Below, one piece after another: positions 35,637 through 41,644 of a stretch of 41,644 bases of DNA. The DNA is from an uncultured delta proteobacterium. Its GTDB lineage: Bacteria > Myxococcota > Myxococcia > Myxococcales > Anaeromyxobacteraceae. The notes beneath the pieces were generated by a model. That model made no database searches, was not told the origin of the DNA, and worked only from the letters and a program-made list of their open reading frames with translations. The position numbers were made by a program, and so were the translations under genes. Within the stretch, counting starts at the first letter, position 1. Each line of letters begins with the position of its first letter. Location of the stretch: contig CAWJSR010000047.1 in NCBI GenBank assembly GCA_963845515.1, positions 1-41,644 of the forward strand. Direction: 5' to 3'.

Positions 35637-36479
35637 TCACCCTGCCAGGGGCCGCCAGCGCTCGACGACGACCGATCCCGTCACCTCGACCGGGTCGGGG
35701 AGCGCGTTCGCCCTGGTGGCGAGCACCTCCCCGGTGGCGTGGCGCGCCGCGGGGCCCATCCCTGCGAGGGCGAGCACGTCGGCGCGCGGGAGGCGCATTC
35801 GCCACCGGAGCGCGCTCGAGGAGAGCCGCTCGAAGCAGGGTGAGAGCGCGTCCGAGACGCGCCGCTCCTTCTCGGGATCCACGTCGAGCAGCCCGAGCAC
35901 AGCCCGCAGCTCGCCGAGGTGCTCGCGCGCCGGCGTCACCACCAGGAGCAGCCCGTCGTCGCGCAGGATCCGGCGCAGCTCGGGGCCGTTGCGCGGCGCG
36001 AAGACGTCGAGCGCGATGGCCGCGCAGCCGTCGGCGAGCGGGAGCGGCGCGCGGGCGTCGGCGACGGCGGCGACGGCGCGGGGGTGGGCGCGCGCCGCGC
36101 GGCGGGCGGCGAACTTGGAGAGATCGACGGCGAGCCCCGGGCGGGCGGGGGTCGCGTCGAGCACCCGCGCGAGGTACCAGCCGGTGCCGGCGCCGACGTC
36201 GACCACCAGCCCCGCGCTCGCGGTCACCTCCGCGGCCGAGGCCGCGAGCGCCGTCGCGATCGGCTCGAAGTGGCCGGCCGCGAGGAAGCGGACCCGCGCC
36301 TCCACCATCGCGGCGTCGTCGCCGACGAGGCCGCTCGGCCGCCCGACGAGGAAGCTCACGTACCCCTGGCGCGCGACGTCGAAGGCGTGGCCCGCCCCGC
36401 AGCGGAGGCCGCGCTCCGCCTCGGAGAGAGCGCCGCGGCAAAGCGGGCAGCGGAGTGCGGCGAGGACGTCAGGGAGCAT
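35637..36479 (-). CDS. RlmA-like 23S rRNA m1G methyltransferase
   Basis: Zn finger CPLC...C..GHAFDVARQGY, ARVRFLAAGHF, VDVGAGTGWY. Confidence 0.85.
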   Translation of the reverse strand: MLPDVLAALRCPLCRGALSEAERGLRCGAGHAFDVARQGYVSFLVGRPSGLVGDDAAMVEARVRFLAAGHFEPIATALAASAAEVTASAGLVVDVGAGTGWYLARVLDATPARPGLAVDLSKFAARRAARAHPRAVAAVADARAPLPLADGCAAIALDVFAPRNGPELRRILRDDGLLLVVTPAREHLGELRAVLGLLDVDPEKERRVSDALSPCFERLSSSALRWRMRLPRADVLALAGMGPAARHATGEVLATRANALPDPVEVTGSVVVERWRPLAG

Positions 36480-36522
36480 CGGTCATCAGGTGCCCCTACG
36501 TGCGGGCCGGACGCAAGGGAGA

Positions 36523-36933
36523 TCAGCCCTTCGCCGATCTGGCGCGCAGGAACCGCGCCATCTCGCCATCCACCTTCCGGATGTGATCGCCCAGCCATCC
36601 GGTGAGCCAGTGGGAGAGATCGACGACGAGCGCCGGGGTCGGTCCCTGCCTCGCCAGCCGCTCCCGCCAGCGCTTGAGGTCCTTCGCGAACTCGACGTGG
36701 CGCGCGAGGTGGTCCGGGAAGCCGGGGAAGCCGGCCTCGATCATCAGCTTCTCCTCCAGCGCGAAGTGCTCCGTCGCGTAGATCACCAGGTAGTCCGCGA
36801 TCCGGCCCACCTCATCGAGGTCGTGCTCCCGCATCGCCGCGTGGAGGCGGTTGAGCTCGGCGTAGAGGGCGCGGTGCTGGTCGTCCACCTCCTTGACGCC
36901 GACGGCCAGCTCTTCCGGGAAGGCGAGGGGCAT
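36523..36933 (-). CDS. Bacteriohemerythrin
   Basis: VGVKEVDDQH, HFALEE, HLARH, WLGDHIRKVD. Confidence 0.92.
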   Translation of the reverse strand: MPLAFPEELAVGVKEVDDQHRALYAELNRLHAAMREHDLDEVGRIADYLVIYATEHFALEEKLMIEAGFPGFPDHLARHVEFAKDLKRWRERLARQGPTPALVVDLSHWLTGWLGDHIRKVDGEMARFLRARSAKG

Positions 36934-36998
36934 GCCGAAGAGGTAAGCCATCCCGGGTCGGACTGCACGGTCCTTGGGGCGCGGCTTGCTGCCGCGCG

Positions 36999-39900
36999 GT
37001 GTCGGCTATCCGTGCGAAGCTCGCGCCCTTGGCTCCCGCACCCGACCCCTCCCCACCTTCGCAGCCCCGGATCGTCTGGAGCGACGCCGCCCTGGCGCTC
37101 TTCGACCTCTCCGGCCAGACGGTGGTGAGCGCGGGGGCGGGCTCGGGGAAGACCACGGCGCTCGTGGAGCTGTGCGTCAGGCTCGTCGATGGAGGCGCGC
37201 TCGGGACCCCCTGCGACCCCGGTGAGCTGGCGGCCATCACCTTCACGGAGAAGGCCGCCGCCGAGCTCGACGAGCGGCTCCGGGCGGCAGTGCGCGACCG
37301 GCTCGTCCGCGCGCGCGCCACCGGGCCGGCGGCCGAGGCGGCGGCGTGGGCCGAGCGGCTCGCCTCGCTCGACCGGATGGCCGTCGGGACGATCCACGGC
37401 TTCTGCGGCAGGCTGCTGCGGGAGCACTCGGTCGAGGCGGGGCTCGATCCCGAGTTCGAGGTGGCTGACGAGGAGCGCTCCTCAGCGTGGCTGCGCGAGG
37501 CGGCGCTCGGGGCGGTCCTCGCCGCGCTCGACGCCGGCGACGAGGCCGCTGCGGCGCTCTGCGCCGGGATGGGGCTCGCCGGCGGGCGTGGCGCGCTCGC
37601 CGACGCCTTGATGGGGCTGGTCCGGGACCGCGCGTGGCGCGGCGACGCTCGACCTCCCGAGCCGGCGCCCGACCGCGTCGAGGAGGCGCAGGCGGCGAGG
37701 CGCGCGCTGCGCTCCGCGGCGGAGGCGCTCCTCGACGCTCGCGGCGACGCCGTGACCCCCGGGGCCCGCAAGGCCCTGGACGCCTTCGCCGCGGCGCGGG
37801 CGGCCATCGCACCTGCGGACCTGGACGGTCCGCTCTCCGCTGGAGCGACGACGCGGCTCGCCGGGCTCGCCGAGGCGCTCAAGGGCTGGCGCAAGGCGAA
37901 GGCGGATGGGGAGCGGCTCATCGAGCGCAGGGAGGAGCTCAAGGAGGCCGCGGCGCGGCTCCCGGGGCTCGTGGCGGAGGCGCTCGCCGGACCCCAGAAG
38001 CGCGCGCTCTGCGCGCTGGTCGCCGAGGCGGAGCGGCGCTACCGGGCACGCAAGCGCGCAGAGCGCGCCGTCGACTTCGACGACCTGCTCGTCCTCGCGC
38101 GCGACCTGCTCCGAGCCGACGCGCCGCTCCTCCGCGAGCTGCGCCGCCGCTACCGGGCCCTCCTCGTCGACGAGTACCAGGACGTGAACCGGGTGCAGCA
38201 GGAGCTGTTCGACCTGATCGGCGCCCCGGTCGAGCCAGGCGAGCCGGCAGGGCCGGTGCGGGTGGCCGTAGGCGATCTCAAGCAGTCGATCTACCGGTTC
38301 CGCGGCGCGGACGTGTCGGTCTTCGCGGGGCTCGTCGACTCGTTCGGGCGTGAGGGGGGGCGCGTCCTGGCGCTGACCGAGAACCACCGGTCGGTCCCGG
38401 CGCTGCTGGCGCTCGCCAACGCGGTGAGCGCGCGTGCGCTGCAGCCGGCCGATGGTTCGCCGCGGCCCTACGAGATCGCGTTCGCGCCGCGGGACGCCCT
38501 GATCCCGCGCCGCGCCGGGGGGCTCGCGACCGCCTGCGAGCTGCTGACGGACGCCGTGGACGCGGAGGCGACGGCCGCCGAGAGGCGGGCGCGCGAGGCG
38601 CGCGCGATCGCCGCGCGGATCAGGGCGATCGTCTCCGGCGCTGCCGGGGTCACGGTGAGTGACCGCGGCGCGGGCGGCGTGGAGCGGCAGCGCCGCCCGC
38701 GGTTCGGCGACGTCGCGATCCTCTTCCGCCGGCTGACGCAGGTGGCGGTCTACGAGCGGGCGCTGCGCGAGGCCGGCGTCCCGTGCCGGCTCGCCCGCGG
38801 CGGGGGCTTCTACCAGGCCCCGGAGGTGCGGGACCTCGGGGAGCTGCTCGCCTCCCTCGCCGAGCCGGGGGACGCCGTCGCGTGGGCCGCGCTGCTCCGC
38901 TCCCCCTTCTGCGCGGTCTCGGACGGCGCGCTCCTGCGCCTCGCGCGGCTGGGGCTGCCGTCCCTCCCGCGCCTGGGGGAGCCCGCGCTGAGGGCGGCGG
39001 CGGGGGAGCCTGCGGAGGCCGGGCGGCTCCTCCGCTTCCTCGATGCGTGGCGCGCGCTGCGGGGCGCGCGCGACAGGCTCCCGGTCGACGAGCTGCTCGC
39101 CCGGGCCGTCGATGCGCTCGACCTCGACGCCGCGCTGCTCGCGGCGCCGGACGGGGAGCGGAGGCTCCAGAACGTCGAGAAGGCGCTCTCCCTTGCGGCC
39201 CGCTTCGGGCGCGCCGGTGGGACCGCCGCCGAGCTCGCCGCCCACCTGCGCTCGCAGGCGGAGCGGCCGCCGCGGGAGCCCGAGGCCGACCTGGATCCGG
39301 GTGACGCCGTGGCGCTCCTCACGATCCACCAGGCGAAGGGGCTCGAGTGGCCCATCGTCCTCGTCCCGGACCTCGGCGCCCGGGCGCGCAGCGACGCCCG
39401 CCGGGCGGCAATCGGCGCCGACGGCCGGCTCTCGGTGGCGCGCTTCGACACCGCACGCGAGGAGTGGACGACGTCGACGTCGCTGGAGGAGGCGCGCGCC
39501 GAGGAGCGCCGCGCCGGGGCTGCGGAGTCGCGCCGGCTGCTCTACGTCGCGCTCACGCGGGCCCGCGACTACCTCGTCCTCTCGGGCGAAGGGAAGGGCA
39601 AGGGGGAGCCGACCTGGCGCGCGCTGGTCGAGTCGGCGATCGAGGCGGAGCCGCGCCTCGCCCGGCTGGTGCCGTTCGAGGAGGCCGCCACGGCGGCGGC
39701 TGCCGCGCCGCTCGCGAGCGCGGAGCCGTCGGCGATGGTCTCTGCCGCGCCGCCGTCGCCGGTGCACCTTCTCCCGCCGCTCGCGCCTCCGCCGGTCCGC
39801 ATGCCGGTGACCGAGCTGGCGGAGTATGCGCGCTGTCCGCGCCGCCACCTGCTGGGGCGGGTCCTGGGGCTCTCCGAGCCGCGGGCGGAGCGGGGAGGGA

Positions 39901-40616
39901 GACCCGACGACGACCCCGCGCGCGCCACCGCGCGCGGGACGCTGGCGCACGCGATGCTCGCGGAGATCGATCTCGCCGCGCCGCCGCTCGAGCGGCGGGC
40001 GCAGCTCGAGGCGGCGGTGCTGCGCCGGGGGTACGATCCCCGCAGCCCCGGCGTCCGGAAGATCGTGGCCGAGGTGGTGCGCTTCGTGGAAGCCCCGGCG
40101 GGGCGCGCCCTGGCCGCGCTGTCCCCGAAGGGCGGGCTCCTCCGCGAGGTGCCGTTTCTGCTCCGCCTGGAGGCGGGCGCAGGGGAAGCCGCGGTCAGCT
40201 GCTACCTGGTCGGCGCCATCGACGCGCTGGCGGTCGACGCCCGGGCCAGGACCGCGACCGTGATCGACTACAAGTACGCCGTGCCGAGCGCGGGCGCGAT
40301 CGAGCGGTACAGGGTCCAGCTGCTCGCCTACGCCCTCGCGGCGGCGCGGGCCCACCCTGGGTTCACCGTGCGTGCACGGCTCCAGTTCCTGCGCGGAGAC
40401 GCGCGCTCGGTGGACCTGACCCCGTCCGACGAGGAGCTGCTCCTCTTCGCCCGGGGCGCCCCGGCCATGGCGATCGACGCGGCGCGCGGCGGGGGTGATC
40501 GGCCGCCCTCTGCGCTCGGGCGGCATGCGGAGCGTTGCCGCACCGAAGGGTGCGGGTGGGTCGGGCGGTGCCATGCCACCGGATTGGGCTTGCCTGCCGC
40601 GGGGTTGATTCCGTAG
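36999..40616 (+). CDS. AddA-like UvrD helicase-nuclease (start uncertain)
   Basis: AGAGSGKT, AITFTEKAA, VDEYQD, VGDLKQSIYRFRGA, TIHQAKGLE, LYVALTRA, nuclease GAIDAL/IDYK/QLLAY. Confidence 0.92.
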   Translation: MSAIRAKLAPLAPAPDPSPPSQPRIVWSDAALALFDLSGQTVVSAGAGSGKTTALVELCVRLVDGGALGTPCDPGELAAITFTEKAAAELDERLRAAVRDRLVRARATGPAAEAAAWAERLASLDRMAVGTIHGFCGRLLREHSVEAGLDPEFEVADEERSSAWLREAALGAVLAALDAGDEAAAALCAGMGLAGGRGALADALMGLVRDRAWRGDARPPEPAPDRVEEAQAARRALRSAAEALLDARGDAVTPGARKALDAFAAARAAIAPADLDGPLSAGATTRLAGLAEALKGWRKAKADGERLIERREELKEAAARLPGLVAEALAGPQKRALCALVAEAERRYRARKRAERAVDFDDLLVLARDLLRADAPLLRELRRRYRALLVDEYQDVNRVQQELFDLIGAPVEPGEPAGPVRVAVGDLKQSIYRFRGADVSVFAGLVDSFGREGGRVLALTENHRSVPALLALANAVSARALQPADGSPRPYEIAFAPRDALIPRRAGGLATACELLTDAVDAEATAAERRAREARAIAARIRAIVSGAAGVTVSDRGAGGVERQRRPRFGDVAILFRRLTQVAVYERALREAGVPCRLARGGGFYQAPEVRDLGELLASLAEPGDAVAWAALLRSPFCAVSDGALLRLARLGLPSLPRLGEPALRAAAGEPAEAGRLLRFLDAWRALRGARDRLPVDELLARAVDALDLDAALLAAPDGERRLQNVEKALSLAARFGRAGGTAAELAAHLRSQAERPPREPEADLDPGDAVALLTIHQAKGLEWPIVLVPDLGARARSDARRAAIGADGRLSVARFDTAREEWTTSTSLEEARAEERRAGAAESRRLLYVALTRARDYLVLSGEGKGKGEPTWRALVESAIEAEPRLARLVPFEEAATAAAAAPLASAEPSAMVSAAPPSPVHLLPPLAPPPVRMPVTELAEYARCPRRHLLGRVLGLSEPRAERGGRPDDDPARATARGTLAHAMLAEIDLAAPPLERRAQLEAAVLRRGYDPRSPGVRKIVAEVVRFVEAPAGRALAALSPKGGLLREVPFLLRLEAGAGEAAVSCYLVGAIDALAVDARARTATVIDYKYAVPSAGAIERYRVQLLAYALAAARAHPGFTVRARLQFLRGDARSVDLTPSDEELLLFARGAPAMAIDAARGGGDRPPSALGRHAERCRTEGCGWVGRCHATGLGLPAAGLIP

Positions 40617-40683
40617 ATTCCGCCCGCCCGCGGGGGGGCCACCCCTCGAGCACCCAACATCAACGCCACTGGAGGCTACGAGA

Positions 40684-41616
40684 ATGGCTGCGACGACCGA
40701 GCGCGTGAAGCAGATCCTGTCCTGGTACGGCTCTGACAGCCCCGGGACGCTCGCCAACCTCCACCGGATGCTCATGCACGGGAGGCTCGGCGGCACCGGC
40801 AAGATGGTGATCCTCCCCGTCGACCAGGGCTTCGAGCACGGCCCGGCCCGTTCCTTCGCGCCGAACCCCGCGGGCTACGACCCGGACTACCACTTCCAGC
40901 TCGCCATCGACGCGGGCTGCAACGCCTACGCTGCGCCGCTCGGCTTCATCGAGGCGGGCGCGGCGAAGTTCGCCGGGCAGATCCCGCTCATCCTGAAGGT
41001 CAACAACTCCGACTCGCTGGCGAAGATGCCGTCGCCGATCAGCGCCGTCACGTCATCGGTGAAGGAGGCCGTCCGGCTCGGCTGCTCCGCCATCGGCTAC
41101 ACGATCTACCCGGGCTCCGCCGCCCGCAACGAGCAGTACGAGGCGCTCCGCGCGCTGACCGAGGAGGCCAAGGCGCACGGCCTCGTCGTGGTGGTCTGGA
41201 GCTACCCGCGCGGCGAGGGCGTCTCGAAGGACGGCGAGACGGCGATCGACGTCGCCGCCTACGCGGCCCAGATCGCCTGCCAGCTCGGCGCCCACATCGT
41301 CAAGGTCAAGCCGCCCAAGATCCACCTCGAGCAGGCAGAGGCGAAGAAGGTCTACGAGAAGCAGCAGATCCCGATCGCGACGCTGGCCGACCGCGTCCGC
41401 CACGTCGTCCAGGCGTCCTTCGGCGGCAAGCGGATCGTCATCTTCTCCGGCGGCGAGGCGAAGGGGACCGAGGACGTGCTGGCCGAGATCAAGGGGCTCG
41501 CCGACGGCGGGGCCTTCGGCTCGATCATGGGGCGCAACGCCTTCCAGCGTCCGAAGGCCGAGGCGGTGAAGCTGCTGAACGACATCCAGGACATCTACGC
41601 CAAGGCGGCGAAGTAG
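40684..41616 (+). CDS. fbaB: Class I fructose-bisphosphate aldolase (DhnA type)
   Basis: LPVDQGFEHGP, WSYPRG, LGAHIVKVK, GSIMGRNAFQR. Confidence 0.93.
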   Translation: MAATTERVKQILSWYGSDSPGTLANLHRMLMHGRLGGTGKMVILPVDQGFEHGPARSFAPNPAGYDPDYHFQLAIDAGCNAYAAPLGFIEAGAAKFAGQIPLILKVNNSDSLAKMPSPISAVTSSVKEAVRLGCSAIGYTIYPGSAARNEQYEALRALTEEAKAHGLVVVVWSYPRGEGVSKDGETAIDVAAYAAQIACQLGAHIVKVKPPKIHLEQAEAKKVYEKQQIPIATLADRVRHVVQASFGGKRIVIFSGGEAKGTEDVLAEIKGLADGGAFGSIMGRNAFQRPKAEAVKLLNDIQDIYAKAAK

Positions 41617-41630
41617 TCCGTGAGGTCATC

Positions 41631-41644
41631 CCCTCTCCCCCACC
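41631..41644. repeat. Probable start of another REP-like palindrome (cut by window edge)
   Basis: CCCTCTCCCCC just after the aldolase stop, matching the arm of the 20528 hairpin. Confidence 0.35.

Noticed and set aside
37482..40802. Very long antisense ORFs (1106 aa here; also 6686-8071, 12444-14078, 21490-23832, 33746-35557)
   Set aside because: Shadow frames of well-supported genes in high-GC DNA, with Arg/Pro/Gly-rich composition and no motifs.
1..41644. CRISPR array or cas genes
   Set aside because: No regularly spaced repeats. The Cys-containing PD-(D/E)xK domains belong to AddAB-like proteins, not a stand-alone Cas4.

Overview
GC-rich window that looks like Anaeromyxobacter or a close myxobacterial relative (tmRNA tag ANEPMALAA, carD with an H1-like tail, carG). 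About 0.6-20.5 kb is an accessory hotspot between a + strand tRNA-Phe and a - strand tmRNA. It has four parts. (i) An integrative element at tRNA-Phe whose tyrosine integrase ORF reads antisense through the tRNA. (ii) An IS21 without a target duplication that cuts both neighbouring genes. (iii) A ~7.5 kb island bounded by 53-bp tmRNA 3'-end repeats, with no integrase, carrying co-oriented defence-like genes (TM+TIR, XRE, Zn-finger, SLATT-like plus a 53-aa Pro-rich peptide missing from the ORF track, HEPN, DUF4062). (iv) An IS110 inserted in a REP palindrome, whose 3' non-coding region folds into a bridge-RNA-like structure with guide segments matching its own target and donor. Two copies of a 1407-bp two-ORF IS both carry unusual 16-bp target duplications. 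From 20.5 kb on the window is mostly core genes: symporter, GT-C-like protein, carG/carD, TPR, orphan MTase, queG, hybrid kinase, ygfZ-like, a MITE, addB/addA-like genes split by rlmA-like and hemerythrin genes, and a class I aldolase. All calls were read by eye, and no database searches or folding programs were run.
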